A DNA stretch of 52,275 nucleotides. It comes from Phycisphaerales bacterium. Its GTDB lineage: Bacteria > Planctomycetota > Phycisphaerae > Phycisphaerales > UBA1924. This document shows, piece after piece, positions 9,032 to 18,596 of this stretch. Numbering within the stretch: position 1 is the first letter of the stretch; each line of letters starts with the position of its first letter. The DNA is taken from the NCBI GenBank assembly GCA_041750235.1, contig JBGSZV010000258.1, positions 1 through 52,275 of the forward strand. The letters are read 5' to 3'. The notes under the pieces are model-generated. The model was not told the origin of the DNA and did no database searches. It saw only the letters and a program-made list of their open reading frames with translations. The position numbers and the translations under genes were made by a program.

Positions 9032-11293
9032 ATGCATACCCTGTGCGCCATCGACGCCCTCATTGATCGCGTACCCGTCTTCGAGTCCGACCGCTACCCC
9101 GCCGACCTTGCGGCCCGCGAGAGGAGCAGCCAAACGACGCACGTGGCGGTGGTGGATGCGGCGGAGTCTGGCCGGTTCCTTGGACTGTTAGGACTCAAGG
9201 AACTGATGGAACGCCGCCGTGGCGCGGAGCTGACCTTCGGCGATCTGGTGGCCCGCACGACGACGCTCCGGGTCGGTCCACAAACGCCTTTACTGGAAGT
9301 GGTTGACCGACTCATCGAGCACAAGCAGGATGCGGCGGCCGTGCTCGATACAGATGGCCAGTATCTGGGGACGGTGACCGTTGCCGAAGCCCGGCAGCGG
9401 CTGGTGGAGCGCCGAGCCAAGGTCCTTGCAGAAGGCGAGCGGCACTTTCGGTCCATCTTCGAGCAGGTCGCGGTGGGCGTCGCCCAGGTCGCCCCCGACG
9501 GACGCTGGATGGAGGTCAACCCACGGCTGTGCACCATCGTTGGCTACACCAGGGAAGAACTCCTGGCCACGACGCTCTCAGCCATCATACACCCCGATGA
9601 CCAGGGCATCGACCATGACCACATGCTCCGCCTTCTCGCCGGCGAAATGGAGACGTACTCGACGGAGAAGCGATATCGTCGAAAGGACGGCGAGTTCATC
9701 TGGGTCAATGCCACTGTATCGCTGGTACGGGATGTGAAAAGGGGGAGAAGACCTTTGCATTTCGTATCGGTGGTCGAGGACATCAACGCGCGCAAGCTCG
9801 CCGAGGTGGTTGCCGCTGAAGCCGCGGCGAGTCTTGAACTGGCCGTGAAGGCCTCCAATATCGGTCTGTGGGATTGGGACCTGCGCACCAATAGGGCGTG
9901 CTTTTCACGGGTATGGAAGAGCCAGCTCGGTTACGCCGAGCACGAGATTGCCGACGAGTACTTCGAGTGGGAGCGGCGCGTTCACCCTGACGATCTGGGG
10001 TGGGCGAAGTCTCGTATCGAGCGATGCCTCACAGCGCCGTACGGGCCGTACGAGGTCGAGTTTCGCATGCGCCACAAGGATGGCTCATGGCGCTGGATGT
10101 ACACCCGGGGCGAGATCACCCGGGATGCAGTCGGCACGCCGATCCGCATGCTCGGCTGCCACGTCGATGTGACCGAATCAAAGCGGTTGACCAAGGATGC
10201 CCGGGCATCGGCGGCGCTTCTTCGGGCCACGATCGACGCTCTTGCGTTCAGCACCGCCGTCATCGACCGCACGGGACGGGTCGTCATTGTCAATCGATGG
10301 TGGCGCGCGTTCGCAGCGGAGAACGGCGGCGGCTACTCCACCGGGCTTGAAGGGGTCAACTACCTTGACGTCTGCGACCAGGTGTCGGGCGAATTGGCCG
10401 ATGATTCCAGCACCTTCTCCGCTTCGCTGCGATCGGTGCTCGCGGGCGGTTCGGATCCCATGCCCATGGAGTATGCCTGCCATTCTCCGACACAGAAACG
10501 GTGGTTCCAGGCCTGGATTCACGGGTTCTCCCAGGGTGCGGATCGTTTCGCGGTGATCACGCACCAGGATGTCACAGCGGTCCGTCTGGCTGCCGGGCGT
10601 GAAGCGGCCAACCAGCAACGCAAAACGGTCGCCATCATCGCCGCGGGCGTGGCCCACGAGTTCAACAGCTTGCTCTTCGCGGCGGCACTTCAGTTGCACC
10701 GACACCTCCACGGGCCGACGGGTGCTGGCGAGCCGAGCAAGTCGCTGGCGGTCGAGCTGATCCAGCAGGCCCAGTCGCTCGCTTCGGCGCTGCTCGACCT
10801 TTACTCCGGACCGGCGACCGGGCGGACCCAGTTGCTGTCGCTCTACCCGTGGCTGCGCGAGACGGTGGCGCGGCTCGCAACGGTCCTTCCTCCGGGCATC
10901 CACGTCACCACAGAGGTCGAGTTTGATCTACCCGAGGCCATCGGGCACGCTTTGGGACTGGAGCAGGTGCTCCGGAACCTGCTCTTCAACGCCGCCAATG
11001 TGCTGGGCGATCGCGGCGAGATCCGGGTGCGCGCGGCGCTGGCGTCCATCGATGGCCGACCGATGATTGAGATACGCGTCAGCGACAACGGCCCGGGCAT
11101 CCCCGAATCGCTGCGATCTCAAGTCTTTGAGCCGGGATTCACCACCAAGACGCAGGCGTACCGCTCGGGGCTGGGGCTCGCCATTGCGACCCAGCTGCTT
11201 GAGCAGTTCCGCGGCTCGCTTTCCTATGAGCCAGTCACGCCCACGGGTTCGACGTTCATCGTCCGGCTTGACGCCCGACTTGGAGATGCCTGA
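9032..11293 (+). CDS. CBS-pair / multi-PAS sensor histidine kinase
   Basis: CBS-like N-terminus, at least three PAS segments, HisKA H-box AAGVAHEFNSLL, and HATPase_c motifs (NLLFNAANV, DNGPGIP, GLGLA). Confidence 0.85.
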   Translation: MHTLCAIDALIDRVPVFESDRYPADLAARERSSQTTHVAVVDAAESGRFLGLLGLKELMERRRGAELTFGDLVARTTTLRVGPQTPLLEVVDRLIEHKQDAAAVLDTDGQYLGTVTVAEARQRLVERRAKVLAEGERHFRSIFEQVAVGVAQVAPDGRWMEVNPRLCTIVGYTREELLATTLSAIIHPDDQGIDHDHMLRLLAGEMETYSTEKRYRRKDGEFIWVNATVSLVRDVKRGRRPLHFVSVVEDINARKLAEVVAAEAAASLELAVKASNIGLWDWDLRTNRACFSRVWKSQLGYAEHEIADEYFEWERRVHPDDLGWAKSRIERCLTAPYGPYEVEFRMRHKDGSWRWMYTRGEITRDAVGTPIRMLGCHVDVTESKRLTKDARASAALLRATIDALAFSTAVIDRTGRVVIVNRWWRAFAAENGGGYSTGLEGVNYLDVCDQVSGELADDSSTFSASLRSVLAGGSDPMPMEYACHSPTQKRWFQAWIHGFSQGADRFAVITHQDVTAVRLAAGREAANQQRKTVAIIAAGVAHEFNSLLFAAALQLHRHLHGPTGAGEPSKSLAVELIQQAQSLASALLDLYSGPATGRTQLLSLYPWLRETVARLATVLPPGIHVTTEVEFDLPEAIGHALGLEQVLRNLLFNAANVLGDRGEIRVRAALASIDGRPMIEIRVSDNGPGIPESLRSQVFEPGFTTKTQAYRSGLGLAIATQLLEQFRGSLSYEPVTPTGSTFIVRLDARLGDA

Positions 11294-11946
11294 TGAGCAG
11301 CTTCTTTACGATTGTGTTCGCCGATGACCACCCGATCCTGCGGCAGGGACTTGAGGGGCAGTTCGCCGCCATGGAGGGGTTCACGGTCGTCGGCAGCGTC
11401 GGCGATGCCCAGTCGGCGGTAAACCTCTGCCGCGAGCGACGCCCGGATCTGCTGCTGCTGGATGTCGAGATGCCGGGGCGCGATGCGCTGGGGGCCATGA
11501 CCGACATCAAGGCGGTCAGCCCCGACACGCGGATCGTGATCTTTACCGCATTCTGCCGCGATCGGCTGATCGATCTGGCTATTGAAGGCGGGGCCGCTGG
11601 TTACCTGCTCAAGTCCGACTCTCCGCAGCACATCCTCGACGCACTGTCCAGAGTGATGAAGGGCGAGCGGGTGTACTCCAAGGATGTGCTGGCACGCCTC
11701 TCGCGATCGGGCCGTGAGGCGGACCATGGTGATGCTGGTGTGACGCTTCTCTCAACACTCAGCCCACGCGAGCTTGAGGTGCTCCGCTACATCGGCAAAG
11801 GCCAGGACAACGCCACGATGGCGGAGGCCATGCACCTCTCCATCCGGACCGTCGAGCGCCACGTATTGCGGCTGATGCGGCACATGCAGATCGACGACCG
11901 AACGCGCCTCACAGCGCTGGCGCACGAGTGCGGGCTGGTCTCCTGA
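11293..11946 (+). CDS. NarL/FixJ (LuxR-type HTH) response regulator
   Basis: ATGA overlap with the kinase stop. REC (FADDHPILRQG...LLLLDVEMPG) plus a C-terminal LuxR HTH (LSPRELEVLRYIGKGQDNATMAEAMHLSIRTVERH). Confidence 0.9.
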   Translation: MSSFFTIVFADDHPILRQGLEGQFAAMEGFTVVGSVGDAQSAVNLCRERRPDLLLLDVEMPGRDALGAMTDIKAVSPDTRIVIFTAFCRDRLIDLAIEGGAAGYLLKSDSPQHILDALSRVMKGERVYSKDVLARLSRSGREADHGDAGVTLLSTLSPRELEVLRYIGKGQDNATMAEAMHLSIRTVERHVLRLMRHMQIDDRTRLTALAHECGLVS

Positions 11947-12411
11947 ATACCGTCCTCCGGACACGATTGCGCAAGGACACGCAACAAGCCGCCTCAACCG
12001 AAGGGCGATACAAAGGGTGGCTCAGAAGCCGCGCGATTGTTGCTCCGTAGTCGCGTCAAATCCTCCGTGCCGCTGGTGGGGTTGTTCGTCCCACCATCGG
12101 TTTGTCTCTGTCCGCGCTGGAATCACCGCCCCTTCGCCCTCCGTCGCCCTCTGCGCGGCCGGAGGGTGGACGATCGATCAAGGAGACCGGAGTCGTGCCG
12201 CCATTGCTCCGACAGTCCGAAACCCACTCCGCTCCGGCCGGGCCTCACGCTCATCGATGTACGCAGCATGGCGTGCTGCGGGCGGCGCCGCATCTCGAAG
12301 CGCAGCACGAGTGGCTCGTGGGGCGCTCTTGCAAAGGCGAGGTTCGCCGCATCGATCATCCGAAGCATCATCAACAATGCGACGCGCGATGCAGGAAGAG
12401 CGGCGCCTGAG

Positions 12412-15400
12412 ATGACACCACGCAAGGCCGCAATGGCCCTGATCATCGGCGCATCAGCCGTGACCGTGCTCGTCGGCGCGATGACCGTCCCGCTGGCCCG
12501 GAGCGTGGCCCCGACCGTATCAGTGTCCGTTGCCCTTGTCCTTGGTGCGGCAGCGATCCCAGCGATCGCCGTGCCGCTGATCGTCAGGCGACTCCGGCGG
12601 CACTCTCGCAGCGCGCGCGGAAGCCCGCAGTTGAGCGCTGTGCATGGACTGATCGCGCTTGCGTGCGTCGGCGGTGTCATGCTGGTCAGCATCGCGGCGT
12701 GGCGGGCCTGCCAGATCGTCCGCAACCCACATGCCGTGGGACACCCCACGGCGGTCCGGGAGTCGCTGGTGGACACCGGGCGACTGCTCGCTCAGGGCAT
12801 CGAGCGGATCACCACGCCGGCCATGCAGCGCGGGCGGAAGATCGCCGCCGATCCGTGGACCATCGCCGCACTGACGACGGGGAACATCCAGGAGCTCACC
12901 AGCGTGTGCGACGCGGCGATCGCGAACAGCACCGAGATCGACGCGGTGGCCCTGTTCGACGCGCAGGGCCGGATCGTAGCGGTCAACACCCGGTACACCG
13001 ATGGGCGGGAGATCCCGCGCGATCGCGTCGACCGGATCATGGGCACGAGCTTCTCGGATCGAGAGATCATCAACAGTTGCGTGAACAACGCGGCCCGGTC
13101 TGACTCGCTAGAGTTTCAGACGACATGCGACATCACTCCGGCGTTCTTCGATTCCAGTGGGCTCTCTGTTGCGCACTCGATGCCCGTGTACGGCCCGTCG
13201 GGAGCACAGCTGGGCGTGGTCAGCACGCGGCTCCGCTTCGAGCGCATCACCGAACTTGCGGAAGTCCGAAGCTTTGCAGGCGGCCAGGGCACGGTGCGGT
13301 TTGTCACCGACAAGGGCGGGTTCTTCGATGAGGCGTACAACCGAGACGCGGAGCCCCCGATTCCGCCAGAGGAACTCGTGTCGCTCACCGCACCCCTGGC
13401 CGATGGCGGAGCTGACATGTCGACGGTCAGCCGGCGTGGCACCTTCCATGCCTTGTTCCGGATGATCGGGCTGAGAACGACCGACGGCGGGGGCATCCAG
13501 GTGCTGCTCAGCGTCCCTGAAGACTGGGTACGGCGCGAGGCGAACGCCGCGGCAGCGCTCGAGATCGGAACTCCCGCAGCGGCTGGGCTGCTACTTCTCC
13601 TCGTCGCGGCCACGCTGCGCTCTGGTCACCTTGTCAAGCAGCGTGCCCGGGTCGCCGCCATGGCCCTGCGCGAATCCCAAGCCCTGCGCAGCACCCTAGA
13701 CGCGCACGCGCTGGTCTCGGTGGCGGACACGAAGGGCCGGATCATCGAGGTCAACGAGCGGTTCTGTCTGGTCAGCGGGTATTCGCGGGAGGAACTGCTG
13801 GGGCACGACCACCGGGTGCTCAACTCGGGAACCCATCCCAAGGCTTTCTGGGTTGACGTGTGGCGCACGCTCGCGGCCGGACGGCCCTGGCGAGGCGAGG
13901 TGTGCAACAAGGCCAAGGACGGCTCGCTCTACTGGGTAGACACCATCATCGCGCCATTCACCGATGCCGACGGTACGACGACAAAGTACGTTTCGATCCG
14001 AACGGACATCACCGAGCGCAGGCGGACCGAAGACGCCCTCAAGCGCGGTGAAGAACGCTGGCGTGGTGTCATGGACTCGGGCATGTTGGGCCTGTTTATG
14101 TGGGACACCGACGGACGCATCTATGAGGGCAATCAAGCCTTCCTTGAAACCGTGGGGTACTCGACCGAGGACCTGCGCGAAGGCCGCATCCGATGGCGCG
14201 ACATGACCCCGCCGGAACTCGCTCCGCGGGATGAAGAAGCGCTGCGAGAGATCGCCGCGAGCGGGCGATGCCTGCCCTATGAGAAGGAGTACCTACGGAA
14301 GGACGGCTCGCGGGTACCGATCCTCCTCGGAGCCGCGAGATTGTCGGACGGAAAAGCCGACCAGGGCATCGCGTTCGCCATGGACATCACAGACCGCAAG
14401 CGGGCGGATGCGAAGGCCCGCGAAGCGCAGGAGTTTCTTCGCAACGTCATCGACTCGCTCTCAGCTCATACCGTCGTGATCAACAGCGAAGGGACCATTC
14501 TCTCGTTCAATCGCGCCTGGGAGGAGTTTGCGGTTCGCAACGGCGGCGCGGGGGCCGCCGTGCTGGAAGGGGCCAACTATCTGGCCGCCTGCGATCGTGC
14601 CGCGCCCAGGTGCGAGGAAGCCGCCCAGGTTGCGGCGGCGATCCGGGCGGTGCTCGCGGGCGAGTCAAGCCCGCCGATGATCGAGTACGCGTGCCATGCT
14701 CCGCAAGAAAAACGTTGGTTCTTCTGCTCCATCCGAGGCTTCTCGCTCAAGGAGCAGCGCTTCGCGGTCGTCTCACACCTCAACACCACAGCGCTCAAGC
14801 TGGCCGAGCGGGAGCTGACCCGATCCAACGAAGCACTGGCCAAAGCCCACGCCGAAGTGGAAGAACGCGTCAAACAACGAACGGCCCAGCTCGCCGACGC
14901 CACGGTGGCCGCGCAGGCCGCCAGCAAGGCCAAGAGCGAGTTTCTGGCGACGATGAGCCACGAGATCCGCACACCGCTTAACGGTCTGGTGGGCACTCTT
15001 GAGCTTCTTCAGGGCTCATCCCTCAGCGAGCAGCAGAAGCGTTACATCCAGATCGGCAAGACCTCGGCACTGTCGCTCACAAGCGTCATCAACGATATCC
15101 TCGACTTCTCCAAGGTTGAGGCAGGCAAGCTCGAACTCAGCCCCTTGGAGTTCAACCTCCACAGCGCCGTCGGTGACGTGATGGAGATGATGGCAGTACG
15201 GGCCTCGGAGAAGGGCCTCGAGTTGGCGTGCAGCATCGATCCGGCGCTGCCTGTGATGGTGTGCGGGGACGCCGAACGACTGCGACAGATCATCATCAAT
15301 ATGGTCAACAACGCCATAAAGTTCACGGAACACGGGGCCATCACCCTGCGCGTGGCCGGCGTCGGCAGCGGCGCCGATCAGCGCATGCGAATCCGTTTCA

Positions 15401-16548
15401 GTGTCAGGGACACGGGGATCGGGATCCCCAAGGATCGGCTCGACCGACTCTTCAAGGCGTTCTCGCAAACCGATGCCTCGTTCTCACGCAAGTACGGCGG
15501 CACGGGGCTTGGACTGGCCATCTGTAAGCAGCTGGCCGAGCTCATGGGCGGCTGCGTCGGAGTCGAGAGCGAACCCGGCGTCGGCTCGACCTTCTGGTTC
15601 GAGGTCGAACTCCCGGCCGTGGCCGACCAGTCGGTGGCCCTGCCGGCCAGGCTGACGGTGGACTGTCGCAGCCTACGCCTGCTGGTCGTCGAGGACCACG
15701 ATGCGCAGCGCGAGTTCATCGCCGAGTGCCTCGCATCCTTGCAATTCACAGTCGAGACGGCTGCGGACGGCGATGCGGCGCTCGCGATGCTGCTCGAGGC
15801 CGAAGCCGCCGGTCGCCCATTCGCGACGGTGCTGACCGACCAGGAGATGCCGGGGATGGACGGGATCGAAGTGGCGGCTGCGATGCAGTCGAAGGCCGAG
15901 CTCGCGAGCATCCCGGTGATTCTCCTGTCGTCAGCGCTCGAGATTGACCCCGAACGGGTACTGGCAGCCGGTTTTGCCTCTCACCTCACCAAGCCGATCC
16001 GACAGTCGTCGCTCCTGGATGCTGTGATGGCGGCGGTGGCTCCGAGGACAGGGACGATCACCCGCACGAACAACATGGATACCGGTGCGCCGGCGGATCG
16101 GTCACAAGCACTCGAGCAGACCAGTCGCAAACCACGCTTGCGGGTGCTCCTCGCCGAGGACAACGAGATCAATCAGTTGATTGCGTGCGAACTGCTGGCC
16201 AGGAACGGCTTCGACTGCACGGTGGCGTCCAACGGCATCGCCGCGGTGGCAGTCGTGTCGAAGGACCAGTTCGACCTTGTCCTGATGGACTGCCAGATGC
16301 CTGAGATGGATGGGTTCGAAGCCACACGCGAGATCCGCAAGCAAGAGCAGGCCGGAGCGCTCGCTGTACAGAAAGGTCGGCGTCTGCCGATCATCGCGCT
16401 CACAGCCAACGCCCTCAAGGGGGATCGTGAACGCTGCATCGAAGCCGGGATGGATGCGTACTCCACCAAGCCCATCGATCTCAAGCAACTGACAGCGACG
16501 ATCGAATCACTCATATCCGCACAGACGCCAGCCCGCTCGGCGGCGTAG
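12412..16548 (+). CDS. Hybrid sensor histidine kinase (2 TM + periplasmic domain, several PAS, HisKA, HATPase_c, two REC domains)
   Basis: H-box FLATMSHEIRTPLNG, HATPase motifs (NNAIKFT, DTGIGIP, GTGLGLAI), two receiver domains (LLVVEDHD..., VLLAEDNEINQ...VLMDCQMPEMDG). The start was set at an internal ATG before the first TM segment. The 12037 ORF start is probably an artefactual extension. Confidence 0.8.
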   Translation: MTPRKAAMALIIGASAVTVLVGAMTVPLARSVAPTVSVSVALVLGAAAIPAIAVPLIVRRLRRHSRSARGSPQLSAVHGLIALACVGGVMLVSIAAWRACQIVRNPHAVGHPTAVRESLVDTGRLLAQGIERITTPAMQRGRKIAADPWTIAALTTGNIQELTSVCDAAIANSTEIDAVALFDAQGRIVAVNTRYTDGREIPRDRVDRIMGTSFSDREIINSCVNNAARSDSLEFQTTCDITPAFFDSSGLSVAHSMPVYGPSGAQLGVVSTRLRFERITELAEVRSFAGGQGTVRFVTDKGGFFDEAYNRDAEPPIPPEELVSLTAPLADGGADMSTVSRRGTFHALFRMIGLRTTDGGGIQVLLSVPEDWVRREANAAAALEIGTPAAAGLLLLLVAATLRSGHLVKQRARVAAMALRESQALRSTLDAHALVSVADTKGRIIEVNERFCLVSGYSREELLGHDHRVLNSGTHPKAFWVDVWRTLAAGRPWRGEVCNKAKDGSLYWVDTIIAPFTDADGTTTKYVSIRTDITERRRTEDALKRGEERWRGVMDSGMLGLFMWDTDGRIYEGNQAFLETVGYSTEDLREGRIRWRDMTPPELAPRDEEALREIAASGRCLPYEKEYLRKDGSRVPILLGAARLSDGKADQGIAFAMDITDRKRADAKAREAQEFLRNVIDSLSAHTVVINSEGTILSFNRAWEEFAVRNGGAGAAVLEGANYLAACDRAAPRCEEAAQVAAAIRAVLAGESSPPMIEYACHAPQEKRWFFCSIRGFSLKEQRFAVVSHLNTTALKLAERELTRSNEALAKAHAEVEERVKQRTAQLADATVAAQAASKAKSEFLATMSHEIRTPLNGLVGTLELLQGSSLSEQQKRYIQIGKTSALSLTSVINDILDFSKVEAGKLELSPLEFNLHSAVGDVMEMMAVRASEKGLELACSIDPALPVMVCGDAERLRQIIINMVNNAIKFTEHGAITLRVAGVGSGADQRMRIRFSVRDTGIGIPKDRLDRLFKAFSQTDASFSRKYGGTGLGLAICKQLAELMGGCVGVESEPGVGSTFWFEVELPAVADQSVALPARLTVDCRSLRLLVVEDHDAQREFIAECLASLQFTVETAADGDAALAMLLEAEAAGRPFATVLTDQEMPGMDGIEVAAAMQSKAELASIPVILLSSALEIDPERVLAAGFASHLTKPIRQSSLLDAVMAAVAPRTGTITRTNNMDTGAPADRSQALEQTSRKPRLRVLLAEDNEINQLIACELLARNGFDCTVASNGIAAVAVVSKDQFDLVLMDCQMPEMDGFEATREIRKQEQAGALAVQKGRRLPIIALTANALKGDRERCIEAGMDAYSTKPIDLKQLTATIESLISAQTPARSAA

Positions 16549-16557
16549 GAGATTCCC

Positions 16558-17001
16558 ATGATTGATCAACCAGGAGCTGATGCACGAGCATTTGCCGGCA
16601 GGCCGGACACCCGCGGACCTCCTTTGGATACGTCTGCCCTGTTGCAGCAGTGCATGGGCAACGCCGAGCTAGTGGTCATGCTGGTCGACAAGTTCGAGAA
16701 GCAGGCCTGTGAGGACATCGCACGGATCGAGCAAGCCATTGCTACGAGAGATGTCGGACAGACGACCCGAGTATCGCACGCGCTCAAGGGCGCGGCCGGG
16801 GCGCTGTCTGCGATCGATGTACAGAGAACCGCAGCGGATATCGAGCTCTCCGCCCGCGAGAACCGGCTGGAGTCCGCCGCGGAGTGCTTCAACGAACTGA
16901 AGGCGGAGGTCGATCGTTGCTTGGCCTACTTACCCACCGTTCGCGCTGTTGCAAATGGCGCGGCACGGACCTCGACCCCTGAACCCGAAAGGATCCCATG
17001 A
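16558..17001 (+). CDS. Hpt (histidine phosphotransfer) domain protein
   Basis: HALKGAAGALSA phosphotransfer motif. AGGAG SD. Sits between the hybrid kinase and a response regulator. Confidence 0.8.
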   Translation: MIDQPGADARAFAGRPDTRGPPLDTSALLQQCMGNAELVVMLVDKFEKQACEDIARIEQAIATRDVGQTTRVSHALKGAAGALSAIDVQRTAADIELSARENRLESAAECFNELKAEVDRCLAYLPTVRAVANGAARTSTPEPERIP

Positions 17002-18014
17002 GAATTCTGGTCGCCGACGACTCCGACATCATTCGTACGCTCATGCAGACGACGCTTGCGAGCGCCGGTTTCGATGTCATCACAGCGACCGATGGAACCG
17101 AAGCATTCGAGATGCTGTGCGCAGGCGAGGCGAGGATGGTGATCTCCGATTGGGAGATGCCCGGGATGACCGGCCCTGAGCTCTGCCAGAAGCTGCGGGC
17201 CGCCGACCTGCCCAACTATATCTACGTCATGCTCGTAACTTCACACACAGCCGCCGAGGAACGCGTCGCGGGGCTCGCCGCAGGAGCGGACGATTTTGTC
17301 GCCAAGCCATTCAATCCCGCTGAACTGATCGAACGAGCCCGCGCGGGTGAACGAGTGCTCTCGCTTGAGACCCGTGATGTAGCCATCTTTGCCATGGCGA
17401 AACTAGCGGAGTCGAGGGACCCCGAGACTGGAGCGCATCTCGAGCGCGTGCAGGGCTACACCCGCGTCCTCGCACAGCAACTCGCTGCCCTGGAAAAATA
17501 CAAAGACATCGTGGACGCCGAGTACATCCGGCTGATGCACCTCACCAGTCCGCTGCACGATATTGGGAAGGTCGGTGTTCCAGACTCGGTCCTGCTCAAG
17601 CCCGATCGCCTGACGGACTTTGAGTTCACAATCATGAAGACACACGCTGCAATAGGTGCGGAAACTTTGGACGCAGCTCTCGCCAAGTTCCCGAACACCA
17701 AGTTCCTCCAAATGGCTCGCGACATCGCCGCAACACACCACGAACGCTGGGACGGTTCGGGGTACCCAAACGGTCTCGTCGGACCCGCCATCCCACTCAG
17801 CGGCCGCATCATGGCTCTCGCCGATGTCTATGACGCTCTGACATCCAAGCGTGTGTACAAGAACGCGTTCACGCACGAGATCGCACGATCGATGATCCTC
17901 AAAGATGCTGGCACGCACTTCGACCCGGACATCGTCGCGGCATTCGTGCGTTCCGAGCAACAGTTTATCGACATCCGTGCGCAGTACGCGGAGTCTCAAG
18001 CGATCGCGGCGTAG
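16998..18014 (+). CDS. Response regulator with an HD-GYP domain (RpfG-type c-di-GMP phosphodiesterase)
   Basis: ATGA overlap with Hpt. REC (ILVADDSD...ISDWEMPGMTG), HD (PLHDIGKVGVP) and HHERWDGSGYP motifs. Confidence 0.9.
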   Translation: MRILVADDSDIIRTLMQTTLASAGFDVITATDGTEAFEMLCAGEARMVISDWEMPGMTGPELCQKLRAADLPNYIYVMLVTSHTAAEERVAGLAAGADDFVAKPFNPAELIERARAGERVLSLETRDVAIFAMAKLAESRDPETGAHLERVQGYTRVLAQQLAALEKYKDIVDAEYIRLMHLTSPLHDIGKVGVPDSVLLKPDRLTDFEFTIMKTHAAIGAETLDAALAKFPNTKFLQMARDIAATHHERWDGSGYPNGLVGPAIPLSGRIMALADVYDALTSKRVYKNAFTHEIARSMILKDAGTHFDPDIVAAFVRSEQQFIDIRAQYAESQAIAA

Positions 18015-18052
18015 GCAGCGATCAACGGTTCTGCGGGAACGGAACCGATACG

Positions 18053-18196
18053 GTTGTCTTCTCGATCGGCTATGGCCCCGATCAAGCGGGAGAACCATCC
18101 ATGAACTTCGGTGCCATCAACAAAGACGGCGGTGAACCGAGACTCAACGTCGCCATTACCCGGGCACGCATGCGGCTACAGGTGTTCTCATCGCAC
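18053..18196 (+). pseudogene. C-terminal remnant of an SF1 (Upf1/DNA2-like, AAA_12-type) helicase
   Basis: The frame reads VVFSIGYGPDQAGEPSMNFGAINKDGGEPRLNVAITRARMRLQVFSSH, including the GGE-RLNVAxTRAR helicase motif. There is no upstream helicase body, and the sequence is non-homologous after SSH. Confidence 0.5.
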
Positions 18197-18500
18197 GGTT
18201 GCGTTGCGCCGACCTTTAGCCCCCGTCCCAGAACACGCGTTATGCCTTGTCGAAACAACTGTGAAGTACTGGGCAACTCGGGGGCACTTTGTCTCAAGAA
18301 CCAGCGTCCCACCTTCCACTAGAAGGCCTCGTCACGATGGCAGCGGCGCTGTGAGCACGGAAGTCTAGGGACCGTATGGTCGCGGCTTCCCTGTACAGTT
18401 GCTTGCGCAACCTGACCCCACTCTTAACCCCAACTTCGCGCGGCCACGGAAATGTGTGGGGCGCTGGTGCCACTGCAACTGCTAGCCGCTTACATTGTTA

Positions 18501-18528
18501 CTTGTGGACGCTGCGCAACCGGCTAGAA
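18501..18528 (+). promoter_or_regulatory. Candidate sigma70-type promoter for the lipoprotein/CHAT genes
   Basis: TTGTGG - 16 nt - TAGAAT, about 70 nt upstream of the 18597 ATG. Confidence 0.25.
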
Positions 18529-18596
18529 TGCTGGTTCCGTCGCACTCGTGAGCGAGGGTATCGAGTTCCGCAAGTAACCATCGGCTGGAGGTGTTC

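Noticed and set aside
12037-12411. N-terminal extensions given by the ORF track for several genes (12037 for the hybrid kinase, 30428 for nosZ, 33024 for nosD, 36366 for nosL, 39783 for yciE-like, 44079 for the PRC-barrel protein, 44125 for the OmpR regulator).
   Set aside because: The extensions are Arg/Pro-rich and non-protein-like, and overlap upstream genes. Internal ATGs are preceded by good SD sequences or form ATGA stop/start couplings, and they begin at signal peptides or conserved N-termini.
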